The notes beneath the pieces were generated by a model that worked only from the letters and a program-made list of their open reading frames with translations, made no database searches and was not told the origin of the DNA. From NCBI RefSeq assembly GCF_046119375.1, contig NW_027362762.1, positions 67,146,001 through 67,210,000 of the forward strand: a DNA stretch of 64,000 nt. Direction: 5' to 3'. The stretch is from Phyllobates terribilis. Its lineage: Eukaryota. Both the position numbers and the translations under genes were made by a program. Below, in pieces: positions 1 through 11,358 of the stretch. Within the stretch, counting starts at the first letter, position 1. Every line of letters starts with the position of its first letter.

Positions 1-199
1 AAAAGTGAAACAGTAAAACCATATTATTTTTAGATTGTGGACAGGGCCCCTTTTACATTATTGATTTGTGGCCTTGTATATTTTTCTTGATCATTATGTG
101 TTGACTTTGTCACTTGAGGTTTGTACGTCATTCTGTCTCGTTGCTTCCCTTGTATATCATTAAAATTAATGTTGCAAAAAAGGGAAGGTCATGTCCAAA

Positions 200-2030
200 A
201 ATTATCACCAACCTATGTTGTTGTGGAGATGAGTAACTATGGTCACCGGCTTCTTAGATTATGACCTCGACCACAAAAAGTTCCTAGTGGTTTGGGTCCA
301 TCTAGGTGGATAAGTCATATAATATGGCTGAACCAAAAATATGGCCAGGGTCAAGGTCTAACTCTTAAGTTTACAACTTTAAGAGGAAGTTTCATGAGGA
401 CAAACTTTTTTTCTAGTGATAGGCAATAAATTCCAGAAGGTCCAGTTTCTAATTTTTGTTAGCAATACCAGAAAATGCTTGAGGGTGCCAGGAGTTAGAC
501 TTGTGTAAGGCTCATCTGACCCCTAGCTGATCATGAAACAGGAGAGGAGCTGCTTTTACTTACGAGGTCCATAGGCCTAGATAAAACATATGGAAAAGAG
601 TGGTTTTGATGAGGCAACCTATAGTGTTTGTGAGACACCTATTTCCATCCAGAAGGTTTAAAGTTGTCTTCTAAAAATCAAGCTTTCATTCATGTCCCAA
701 GATGCATTAAGTTACACCTTTTGTGAAGTGATCCCCACATTCGTTAGAAGACTTTGTGTACAAGTATGTGATCAACTGAATATATTGGATAACAATGCAC
801 ATAGAGCTCAGGTTATAGTGCAGAATTGCATTACATTATGGTCTTCCTCACATCTTGTACATTCAAGAATTTCTAAAAGACATAAAGGAAGTCTTGTCCG
901 TAATGGATCATTCTAAAAAATTCCTAAACAATAGAACCTTTAGGTTGACCTACACACAAGAAAGAGGTCAGCCAATCTTTCCTTTAGCCAACAGCTACAG
1001 TATCTACCCTGACACCCCTATACAGATACGAGCATGCCTGTGTTTGCCTGTGTTTTCAGTAGAAAAAAGGTAGTAAGCTGCTGCCAAACTCCTCTGGCAG
1101 AGGGTTATCTCCCCAAAAATGGAAGGATTTAGTAGTTGAAAACCAACTACCGAGATCTTCCATCAGCGTAGAGTTTGCGGGTCCCCATGTCCTTTAGATT
1201 CTTGAATGGTGCAACCAAAGTTAACGTTTTTGGCCTAAATACATCTAATTTGTAAGACCAGCTTTAGATATAAGTTTTTAAAACCATTTTGTAGCACTAA
1301 AGATTTGCACAACTTAATATAAACTTTAATGGGCACCTTTGGGTAGAAGAAAACCATTTCTCAATAGTGTTTATATCAATAGTCTTATTTCCGAGCATGT
1401 AACATATTTCTCAATAATTGTACAGTACATCCATTTGGGGATATCATAGACACCACTTCATTAAAAAAAAATTACGAAGGTATGCATCAGTCTTATAAGA
1501 AATATAAGGTATACATCAGAAGTATAAGGTATACATCAGTCTTATAAGAAGTATAAGGTATACATCAGTCTTAGTGACTTTGGCCTGTTAAGCCTTTAAT
1601 CACATTGGTCTTTGTTCCCATTCTATTAGAGTTCTGGTGCATACTTGACATCAAAGAACCCAGGAGAAAACCTGATGTACCCCATTATATTTTCTTGGTA
1701 TCCATTAGGACTCTTTGGGAAACTTTTTTTTAAAAAGCAATTCCACCATGACTTTTTGTTAAGAATGGTAGCGAAGTTGTTAGTCTAAACAGAGTTTTGG
1801 CTCATTCCGATGAGTGTTTTGAATAGTGCATATTCCGGATGTAACACTCACCTTTCTGATCATGTGAGGTTGATCGTTCAAGTCACATACATGTACTGTT
1901 CAGAATAGACATTGGACATGATGTCGTTAACAGCTGAGATCTTAAATGTGAAATGCAAAGTATATAAGAACATTTCAGAACTTCTCAACATACATTAAAG
2001 TTGTATTCCTGTCCAAAACCTTTTTCATTC
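200..2030 (-). mobile_element. Highly degenerate Gypsy-like LTR retrotransposon remnant (pol)
   Basis: Only eroded minus-strand motifs: GGTTTTCAACTAC near 1135-1150 (GF-NYY, RT thumb-like), AGCTGTTGGCT near 985-1000 (ELLA, RNase H-like), KLPLKV near 370-400 (integrase C-terminal-like). No ORF; boundaries approximate. Confidence 0.4.
1481..1572. repeat. Short tandem duplication, ~29-bp unit TATAAGGTATACATCAGTCTTATAAGAAG, 3-4 imperfect copies
   Basis: Read directly from the sequence. Confidence 0.85.
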
Positions 2031-2117
2031 ATCTACTGGATATGTAAAATGCTAGATAGGTGGGGGTCCAAACAGTCTCCAGTCCCCTTCAACTGTAAGA
2101 CCAAGGGTAGGACTTAA

Positions 2118-2485
2118 AGGGAATCTGTCACCAGGTAATCCGAGAATAGCACGATGTAGGGGCTGAGACCGCAATTCCAATGATGTATCATTTGCTGGTC
2201 TGTAAGCTGTCATTTTGATACAATCACAGTTTCCTCTGCTGCAGATTTAGCAATGCTGAGCTCTGTATAACCCCACCCACATGGAGGCGTTGTTGGACTA
2301 GAAGGCACAAGACACCTAGTCCTGTAATCATAATCTCCTGCTGATTAAACACTGATTTTATTGAAGCAGCAACAGACAGACCAGCAAGTGACACATTGGT
2401 GGAATCAGGCTCTAAGCCCCTATGCTATGCTGCCATCAGATTACAACGGGAACGGGCGATAAATGCATTATTATGGAATACCCCT
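2118..2485. mobile_element. T2/Kolobok-type MITE (TTAA-flanked)
   Basis: TTAA|AGGGAATCTGTCA at the left and ATACCCCT|TTAA at the right; interior resembles 6093-6509. The two ends look like different subfamilies. Confidence 0.65.
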
Positions 2486-2549
2486 TTAAGCTTAATTTAT
2501 AAAGACTGTAATATCACTACAATGTAAGTAAAGCAAATCCATCCCCCAG

Positions 2550-2932
2550 TAAATAAAGCCATGTCGCCCCCTGCGATGTGTAGAATGGCGGCACATTTCC
2601 ATTAACGTCCATGACCAGCTCTGGTCCATTTTCAGGATCGGCAGATGAGCCCTTGGATCTCCATTATAGATGATGCCATAGAGATAGTGATAGATGACAA
2701 CTGAGCCATATCCTTATGGAAATCCCTTATCGTTCCTGACGTAGTTGCTTCATATCTATAGAGTATCCGCTATCTGTATTTCAGTTTTCTGTATTCTGCC
2801 CCTTGCCGTCAGCACCACAGACTTTCGCCTTTTCTTCTGGATTCTGCGGTGACTTATAGCACAATGTGGTGGTCTAGGTAGAATGACGTAGTAGGTGGCA
2901 TTTTTGAAGTAGCTGATCTCATTAGTCGTCCC
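2550..2932 (-). pseudogene. Disabled cadherin-repeat-like exon
   Basis: Acceptor TTTCTATCCTTTATCTCAG|2932. Across three frames, in order: SYFKNATYYVILP, KVCGADGKGQN, YVRNDKGFP*, YGIIYNGDP, DPENG, LVMDVNGNVPPF (2618-2583; cadherin linker consensus V-x-DVNDN-x-P-x-F). Several stops and frameshifts. Confidence 0.6.
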
Positions 2933-3499
2933 CTGAGATAAAGGATAGAAACTCGTTACTATCCCACTCCTCAGACTTATGATAATGAGTAGCCTTGTAT
3001 TATACTAGAGATAAATTTACCATTTCCTATCATGTCATTCAGTATTGTGTGTGAGGATATGTTTCTGCCGCCATTTTTTTATAGCAGTATTATGACTCTT
3101 GCTCCAGTTTTTCCCATACATAATGGCGCAGTAATTAGACGGCCATTTTAATTGCATATCATATTCAGATTTTCATTCTCCACCTATTACTTATTCAGAC
3201 ATTACTAATGGTATTCCTAGGAAAAAAAAAAAGGCAAAATTGGCAAAAAAATAAAAATTGGCCCCAGAGATTTTGCCACCCAAGGTAGGAGTTTTCAATC
3301 ATGCCCATTCATTAACCTTCATGCTAATTCCTAAAGTAGCGATGGGGATGGGATTAGCCAGGGCTGAGTCACCTCCTTCTAAAGGTCCATTGACCATTCA
3401 CTTGAATCAGGTGCAATATGAGACATAGTCCACGCACAAGAGCGGAGCTGTTTCTGGAAGGAAGCAGCCATGTTTTTCTAACCTCATACAAACCCTTAA

Positions 3500-3944
3500 A
3501 AGGGGTTGTCCGGAGGTATATTATTTTTTTACTATAGGCCTAAGAACTAACTACCTGCCTGGTCTGGCCAGTGCAGATCTCTGCTAGCCCAGACCTGCCA
3601 GCAGCTCTGCAGTTTCTGCTGACGTCACTTAGACAGAGCAGCAGCTTCTCTTCCGCTGCACTCTGTTGACCGCGCATAACTGCCGATATCATGCTGATTG
3701 ACAGCCAAATCCCCGCAGCCAAACTGCAGGGAGTCGGGTATCAATAAGCATGACATCAGAAGTCAGGCCCCTTCAAAAGAGCAGCCTAGAAGAAGAAGAA
3801 GAGCTACTCTATTGACGTGAAGCAGCAAAATCGAACGTTGTGGCAGTCAGTGACCACTCTGAGTTGATGAGGTTATCAACTAACTGCCTATTAGTTCTTA
3901 GGTCAACAGTAAAAAAAAAAAAAAAATAGTCCGAGATAACCCCT
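3500..3944. mobile_element. T2/Kolobok-type MITE
   Basis: TTAA(A)AGGGGTTGTCC ... GATAACCCCT|TTAA termini. Confidence 0.7.
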
Positions 3945-4244
3945 TTAAGGATTGCAAAACCTTACTTTTTCAGCAATTCACTGAATATTGGGCATTTAAA
4001 TTGTCTCTAAACCATATGTGTTAGTCATTGTATTATTTAGCACTATATTGGCACCTTTTTAGCCATATATACCTAATGTGAACTGGAAAATATTACCAAA
4101 TATTCTAAAAAGTAATACGATATATCTATATGTAAGCCATAATTGTAAGGGTAGAGATATATCTTGCCGGGAAGCCATCAGTGTTGTAGCCATTGTTGTT
4201 GATAATGATAGTTGATAGTAACTGCTACCAGACAGTGCCCACAC

Positions 4245-4493
4245 CTTGGCGAGTCAATCCTATGACTGGCATTGTCAGTTGTCCCATATTTCGTAATGTA
4301 GGGTTCACATTTCTTTCAATAACAAATCCTGCTATCCTATCATTGCCTTGCTTGTAGATTTGATATATCATCAGTGTGTTATCAGTGAAAATCCACTGGT
4401 CCACTATGATATTTCCTCTCAAGCGGTCTCTGCAATAGTTTTCCAAAGGCCCAATGGCTGTTCCAATATAGACAATATCCAGCTCTTCATATT
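4245..4493 (-). CDS. Open 249-nt phase-1/phase-1 exon, cadherin-repeat-like
   Basis: Acceptor CTCCTGTTTTCTCTTTCCAG|4493, donor CAAG|GTGTGG at 4244; length 83 codons, no stop: EYEELDIVYIGTAIGPLENYCRD...IYQIYKQGNDRIAGFVIE...GQLTM, resembling the cadherin pattern I-x-Y-x-I-xx-GN-xxxx-F-x-I...G-x-L. Family assignment by eye only. Confidence 0.55.
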
Positions 4494-4722
4494 CTGGAAA
4501 GAGAAAACAGGAGATGCCACTTGATTTTACTGTTGGCGGGAGGTATTCCCACAGACAGGACATTAATGGCATATCAATATTTAGTCAACCCATTTAAGGC
4601 ATTCATCTACAGACACTAATTGATTAATTTAGGCTTGAGGTAGACAAAGAGTTCCCAAGCATGATGCGAAATGGAGAACAATGTTGTGTGATGTTACATA
4701 CCATGCCATAGGAAAGCATTAA

Positions 4723-5069
4723 AGAGGACCTAACACTTTTCATAAATTTGCAATATTTTTACCTGGTAGAAATGCCGCTGTTCTCCTGAATCCGGCGTAG
4801 TTTTTATTTTGTTACTGCGCCTCTTCTTTCCCGAGATATGGTCCTCTCTTCCCTGTCTTGAAATCTAGTGTTTTGAACAACTGAAGAAGACTCCCACAAA
4901 GAAGAGTTGAGAACCGTAGGCAGTTGGCCAAAGAAGGTGCCATATCTCAGGAACAGAAAGGCGTAGGAACAAAAGACAAACAATGCCGGATCCAGGAGAA
5001 CAGCGGCATTTCCGCCAGGTTAAAAAAAAATAAAAAGAAAAAACATTTATGGCTAGTGACAAGTCCTCT
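4723..5069. mobile_element. Kolobok/T2-type palindromic MITE
   Basis: TTAA|AGAGGAC ... GTCCTCT|TTAA; arms are inverted copies (AATGCCGCTGTTCTCCTGAATCCGGC vs GCCGGATCCAGGAGAACAGCGGCATT). Confidence 0.8.
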
Positions 5070-5204
5070 TTAAGTTGCCATATGTTGGCAAGTTTTGTGA
5101 GATGAATAGCAACAAACCCAAAAGTGAGATTGAAAATCACGAGAGATTGCAATAGTTACATTCAATTCCAATTGTGCACCTCAAAACACAAAATGTTGAC
5201 TTAC

Positions 5205-5395
5205 TTGTATTTGCAATGTGTTCAAATTAAGATCCTGGTTCCTGAAAGGGACCAAATGTCCCACCGCTATATAAGAAGACACATCATTCATCATGACAGA
5301 TGGTAGGTTGAAGTCCTCTTATATATTTTTCATTGGGGCCCAGGGGCTTCAAGTTATCTTGAAGGATAATCTTTGAATCTTTTTGTTTTATTTCC
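5205..5395 (-). pseudogene. Possible degraded exon of the same minus-strand gene
   Basis: Acceptor ATTTAATTTTCCAG|5395 and consensus donor CAA|GTAAGT at 5204; no single open frame over 191 nt; GPNEKIY resembles cadherin G-x-NG-x-I-x-Y. Confidence 0.3.
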
Positions 5396-6092
5396 CTGGA
5401 AAATTAAATAAACTAGAAAATTCAAGGTTTAGATATTCTAATTGGCTTCCCTCCAGAAGGAAGGAAATTCTATTAAGAGCCAACTATAGGCAGAGAATAT
5501 CACTAGTCATGTTTTAAGGCTCTTTTTTGGGCCAGAAATTGACTTTTAGGGTTGTTACCTAGAGGTGGTACTGAACAAAGTTTTCTTTTTTTTTTTTAAT
5601 TAATGAAGAAATAATTAGCATATTTTTTTCCCATGGAGCATTTCCTGTAACACTCCACATACCAGTTGAATCTCCTCAATGAGCAGCAGTACTTCTCTCC
5701 CTACCAGAGATAAGATTTAGATAAAGTCCTCAATTGCTTTAAGAATAGCTTAAGAATATTCAGAAGGTAAACATGTGAAACCATAATAATAGTAAGAAAT
5801 GATTAAACTATTAATATTATTTTATCCCCAAATCATCACATTGAGATTTTCTTTTAGCTTTTTTTTTATTTTTTTTTTAAGGTTATTTAATTAAAAGTTT
5901 TCAAGAATTTACAAAGAGTTTTTTTTTTCTGTAAAATAAAGTGTTTACTTGCCATTATTACATGGTTAGAATCTCATTACTGGTTTGGGTATGAACATTT
6001 TGCCAAACAAGTTTCAAGTTTAGAAAAAATTAAAAAAAAGTTTTTCTACAGCTGTAATAACCGCAATAACAAATATCATAGTAATACTTTAA

Positions 6093-6509
6093 AGGGAATC
6101 TGTAATCAGGTTTTTGCTGTTTAATCTGAGAGCAGCATGATGTTGGGGCAGAGACCCTGATTCCAGCGATGTATCACTTAGTTTACTGGGTGAAGCAGTT
6201 GTGATAGAATCACAGATCTAGCAGATCACTGAATGCTGAGCTGTGTATAACCCCGCCCAAACCTCTGATTGGCTGCCTCCTGTGTACACTATAGCAAGCT
6301 ACCAATCAGTGGTGGGGGCGAGATTACACAGAGGAGTAGGACTAGGAGGCACTAGGCACCTAGTCCTGCAGTGATAATCTCCTGCTGATAAAACACTGAT
6401 TTTGTAGAAACAGCAGCACACAGCACAGTAAGTGACACATCACTGAAATCAGGGTTTCTGCCCCTAAATGATAGTACTTTCATATTACATAGCATAAACC
6501 GGCTTCCCT
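6093..6509. mobile_element. T2/Kolobok-type palindromic MITE
   Basis: TTAA|AGGGAATC ... TTCCCT|TTAA with internal inverted arms. Confidence 0.8.
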
Positions 6510-7351
6510 TTAAATCATATTTTTAAGAATAATTGTATGGCTGAAATCTGAAAATGTTACTTTCATGTTGACATTGCATAGTATCTGACACTTTAAAAAA
6601 AAGCCCAAAAACTGCACTGATATTTTTTGTTAGGGAAAGAATTGTTGAGCACTGTATGAGAAAAACAATGATTTTGTAGTGTTTTCCTGTTATAAACAGG
6701 TAGATCTTAAGGATGTATGTTGTAGTGTTTGAGACAATGTATGTAAAATAAGGTACGGATTGTATATAGTTCTTTTTTTTTTTAACCCTTAAACTCCTGT
6801 AGGTATAGCAAAAGTTTCGACTGTATTCTCCCTTTAAACCTTTGCAAAATGTTACCGGCCACCCGTATTGAACCTCAAGATATGCATTGAAGTTGTACGT
6901 GTACTTTTAATATTAGTAACTTTGATGCAATATGGGTTAGTTGTTTATTGTTTTTAATATTTATTTTATTTTCGATGACCTCTTCCATTTGCTTTAATTT
7001 ACTTGTACGTTTCAAATTGAGAATTTTTGAAATGTCATCATTTCTTGGACATGAAAACTTAATTATGCAAACTATTATGTATGAACTGGATTATTTTTTA
7101 GAATTTTTATCCCTAAAAGAAGAATACTTTTTTTTTTGGGGGGTGGGGAAGGGGGGATTGAATCTCACTGTTGACAGTATTATTGTTTACTTTTGTTTTT
7201 TTATTATTTTCTTAGAAGCGGTGTACAGGTTTGTAACTGTAAGAATTTGATAAAGTCGATGGTTAACAATTTACAAAAATATGTGCGTGTGTTTTTATTT
7301 CAGCGGAATGTGATAGACTTTGAACGGTTTTAAATTTACATAACTGATTAC

Positions 7352-7635
7352 TATTGATGAGCGGACTCGTGGAAGTTCGGGTTCTGGTCTCCGACAGAAC
7401 TTTACTCCAAAGTTTGGTTTGGGTACCAAAACTGTACCCGAACCTGAACCCGAACCCCATTGAACCCAAATCAATTTGGGACCCGAATTTGAAGCCGGAA
7501 ATTTCTCTCTCTCCAACCCGGACTCCTGAAACGTAAAACAGACTTCCTGGTGAAGTCCGTGTTCGGAGTTCAACACCGAACAGTAGGTGTACGGTGCGAA
7601 CCCCGCACTTTACAGTTTGTATTCACTCATCTCTA
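7352..7635. mobile_element. hAT MITE
   Basis: Termini TATTGATGAGCG / CACTCATCTCTA; flanks CTGATTAC / CTGATGAC (7 of 8, TSD); repeated CCGAAC/GTTCGG motifs. Confidence 0.8.
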
Positions 7636-7729
7636 CTGATGACAGATTTATCTATTCCATCCAATAATTCCACAGTCTTCATCACGAGAAAGACAAAGTC
7701 CCCAAAGAAGCAGTTGCCAGTTGCTCAAT

Positions 7730-8065
7730 ATAAAGACTCGAGCATATGACCGTATTTTCAGTCCGAGTACGATCCAACATAACTTTGGATCACACTCGGG
7801 CCAATGTTATCCTCTGGTGCCATGCACAAGTGAGAGGTTTTCCTTGGACCGAGATTATCTGTTCCTCTGTAGAAAACATCAGACTGCACTCGGATGATAT
7901 CTGAGTGCAGTCCGATATTTACAGACAGTGATGAAGGAAATAAAAAAAATTTCCATCTTTATGTTCATCTTAGAAAATCGGATCACGCACTGATCAAACT
8001 CTGTGATTAGTATAATCGGCCCGATTGTCTTGGATGAGAAAAAAATACTGTGTGACCCTAGCCCT
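7730..8065. mobile_element. Degenerate palindromic MITE, PIF/Harbinger-like
   Basis: Internal inverted motifs (CTGCACTCGGAT / TCCGA-TGCAG) and GTGTGACCCTAGCCC-type right end; left end not resolved. Confidence 0.4.
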
Positions 8066-8164
8066 ACCCGGGAAAAATAATGTCTTCCTAACTCCAAAAA
8101 TTCCGAATAAACTTCTGAATCTACGAACTATCTCAAATAATAACTAGTAATCTTACAGCATTCA

Positions 8165-8285
8165 AGCTCTTCTAGAACATATTCAAAGTGTCAATCACAA
8201 TAATTCTGTAGTCTTACTGCTCTTACAGTAGAGAATCTCCATCTATGTTGATGGTAAAATCTTCTTTCCTTTAGACATACAGGAT
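8165..8285 (-). mobile_element. Short CR1-like 3' ORF2 fragment
   Basis: Minus strand TTCTCTACTGTAAGAGCAGTAAGACTA resembles the CR1 F-TVRAVRLWN-coding segment. Confidence 0.35.
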
Positions 8286-9215
8286 GCTTCTTTGGATTTC
8301 TGCATTGGAAATTAGAATAGGAGGGCTTCCGGCTGATGTGGACAACGTGCTCTGAGATAGCATATTGGAGATGGAGGATGAGGAGGATGGTGTAGGAGAT
8401 GGAGAAAACCCTGATAGAGGTAGTGCCAGCAATCCTCGGCGTTGGGGCACATGTGCCGTGTCAGGTTGGGACTCGACCCCAGCCTCTACAATGTTCACCC
8501 AGCGTGCCGTCAGGGAAATGTAGTGTCGCTGGCCACAAATGCTTGTCCATGTGTCGGTCGTTAATTGTACAATCCCAGTAACTATGTTGGTAAGGGCATG
8601 GGTAATGTTACTGGACACGTGCTGGTACAAGGCGGGGGATGCCACACTGGGAGAAATAGTGGAGCCGGGGGACTGAGTACTGAGAGAAGGTTGCCTCCAT
8701 GAGTCGGCGGAAATCATTCGTCTCTACAAGCGAAAACGGCAACATTTTCACAGCAAGCAGCCTGCAGATGTGCCCGTTTACAGTTTGGGCCTGTGGGTGG
8801 GTGACTGGGAACTTTCTTTTTGTTCCAAGGCCTGAGGTAGGGACAGCTAAATGCTGTGCTGGGACAAGTTTTTGGAAGTGCCTAATGATGGTGCCTCAGA
8901 ATGTGCAAGGACAGGTACAGGACGGGAGGCATTTGCACCAGTGTCATGGACAGAGGATTGATTGGAAAGCACCTAGCACAGAGGAAGAGGCAGTGAGGTC
9001 ACCCGCTAGAACCATTCGTGGACCCTGGGGTTCAGCCCATTGAGTCTGGTGCTTAGATGACATGCGCCTGATCATGCTGATGGTGGTTAGGCATAGTGGT
9101 CAGGCCCCTGCTGATCTTGACATGGCACAGGTTGCAAATGACCTTTTATTTCTCTCAGAACTCTCTTTAAAAAAGTCCCAGACTGGGGAACACCTAACTC
9201 TTTGATGGAGAAATT
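8285..9215 (-). mobile_element. hAT transposase fragment
   Basis: LTTDTWTSICGQRHYISLTARWVNIVEAG, paralogous to the transposases at 12.0-12.5 kb and 59.3-59.8 kb. Confidence 0.85.
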
Positions 9216-9239
9216 CCAGAATAATGAGAGAGAGAAAGA

Positions 9240-10097
9240 ATGTTTTAAGGCATTTTTATTACTGACTGCAAAGTCGAAAGTTTACGTACACGAAGATTAC
9301 TATGCCTTTAAACAATTCTGGACTGCCTATATGGTGATATCATGTGTTTGGAAGCTTCTGATTTTTGGCAACATCTGAGTTAATTAGAGACACACCTGTG
9401 AATGTATTTTAACGCACACCTGAAACACACAGATTCTTTGTGTAGCATCATGGGAAAGTCTAAAGAAATCAGCCAAGATATCAGGAAGAGAATTGTGGAC
9501 TTGCACAAGTCTGGCTCATCCCTGGGTACAATTTCTAGATACCTGAAGGTGCCTCGTTCATCTGTACAAACAATTATATGCAAGTAAAATCAAGATGGGA
9601 ATGTCCAGCCATCATACCGCTCAGGAAGGAGACGGGTTCGGAGTCCTAGATATGAACGTGCTTTGGTCCGACATGTGCATATCAACCCAAGGACAAAAAC
9701 AAAGACCTTGTGAAGATGATGGCGGAAGCTGGTAAGATTGTGTCAAAAACCACAGTGAAACAAGTACTGTATCAACATGGGCTGAAAAACTACTCTGCCA
9801 GGAAGAAGTCATTACTCCAAAAGAAACTTAAAAAAGCCAGATTAATGTTTGCAAATGCACACAGGAATAAAGACCTTAATTTTTGGAGACATGTCCTGTG
9901 GTCTGATGAAACTAAAATTGAACTTTTTGGGCATCATTATCATTGTTGCATTTGGAGGAAAAAGGGAGAAGCTTGGAAGCCTAAGAACACCATCCCAACT
10001 GTGAAACACGGGGGGTGGCAACATCATGTTGTGGGGTTGTTTTGCTGCAGGAGGGACTGGTGCACTTCACAAAATAGATGGCATCATGAGAAAAGAG
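9240..10097 (+). mobile_element. Sleeping Beauty-like (IR/DR Tc1) transposon, 3'-truncated and disrupted
   Basis: ATG at 9450: MGKSKEISQDIRKRIVDLHKSGSSLGTISRYLKVPRSSVQTI; later WSDETKIELFGH and TIPTVKHGG; upstream AAGTCGAAAGTTTACGTACAC resembles the SB direct repeat; stops and frameshifts. Confidence 0.9.
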
Positions 10098-10324
10098 TCC
10101 ATGGCCAAGATGAAACTGTGCCTGCTGAGGTAGCACAACAAACACCCACATCATGTCAAACTACCTTCCTGTTCAAGTTTCTAGGGGGCCGCGGGACACT
10201 ACTATTGAAGCCATAGCAGTGTGAAAAGATTCTTAGTTGGATAGCAGATAATGCTTCCAGTCAGTTTGCCACCACCACCACCATGTCTTCCACATGGTCC
10301 AGTCTCAGTAGCTGTGAGTCTGGA

Positions 10325-11050
10325 CCACATTATTATTATTACTTTGGCACCATTTGTTCCATGGCACTTTACATGTGAAAAAGGGGCAAAAACAATTACA
10401 ATAATCTTGAACAAAAATGTGACAGCGACTGGTACAGGAGAGGAAAGGACCCTGCCCTCGAGGGCTCACAGTCTATAAGGGATGGGTGAGGATACAGTAG
10501 GTGAGGATAGAGCTGGTTGTGCAGCGGTATGGTGGAGCGAGGGTTACTGCAGTTTGTACGCTTGTCAGAAGAGGTGGGTCTTCAGGTGCTTTTTAAAGGT
10601 TTCAACAGTAGGCGAGAGTCAGAAATGTTGAGGTACAGAATTCCAGAGAAGGGGGGATGCACGGGAGAAATCTTGTATGCAATTGTGGGAAGAGGCAATA
10701 AGAGGAGAGTAGAGAAGGAGATCTTGTGAGGATCGGAGGTTGCGTGCAGGTAAGTACTGGGAGTCTAGGTCACAGATGTGTGGAGGATGGCTTTGCATGC
10801 CAAGGTTTGGGTTTTGAACTGGAGTTTCAGGGTAATGGGGAACCAGTGAAGAGATTGACAGAGAGGAGAGGCCACGGAATAGCGAGGTGGATTAGAAGGG
10901 CAACAAAGTTTAGGATAGATTGGAGGAATGCGAGAGTGTTAGAGGGGAGGCCACAGAGCAGGATGTTGCAGTTGTCGAGACTGGAGATGATGAGGGCGTG
11001 CACTAGTGTTTTTGTAGATTAGTGGTTGAGGAATGTTTGGATCCGGGAGA
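10325..11050 (-). mobile_element. L2 LINE 3' fragment
   Basis: Minus strand encodes LCQSLHWFP (L2 ORF2 C-terminal LHWLP-like motif) and ends TGTAAAGTGCCATGG...AATAATAATAAT. Confidence 0.75.
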
Positions 11051-11204
11051 TTTTTTTTTTACTTGGAGTCGGCATACTCCTCACCCTGATCCTCCTTCCT
11101 CCCACCATTCCGAGTGCCCTGAGACAACTGATCCCTCATTTGGAAACTTCAAAGAGCTGTTTTGTTCAACTTTCCATTTAGAAATTCTGGCCTCTTGCTC
11201 GGTG

Positions 11205-11358
11205 CGTTTGGAAGTGGAAAGAGCTTGGATATGTATTTTGAAGGAGAGATTAGGGTCCAGGTTTACCCCAAGAGCTGTTCACTTTTCCATCGATAGATTA
11301 GGGCCTCTCAGGCCGGGCAGCTTCAAGCAGGGCAATAGAAGATCACATATAGCGATTT
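11205..11358 (-). mobile_element. Second L2 fragment, upstream continuation of 10325-11050
   Basis: Minus strand GGGGTAAACCTGGACCCTAATCTCTCCTTC = GVNLDPNLSF, the L2 LGVxxDxxLSF motif. Confidence 0.65.

Noticed and set aside
4245-4493. CUB or CEACAM Ig-domain reading of this exon
   Set aside because: Some resemblance (NYC, GF-IE), but neighbouring segments carry cadherin motifs; left unresolved in favour of cadherin-like pending HMM search.
5600-5760. Possible L1 ORF2 fragment on the minus strand
   Set aside because: Only a vague resemblance (LKQLRTL..LW*G); not supportable without alignment.
6948-7250. 100-aa hydrophobic ORF as a membrane protein
   Set aside because: Product of T-rich low-complexity sequence; no motif or splice support.
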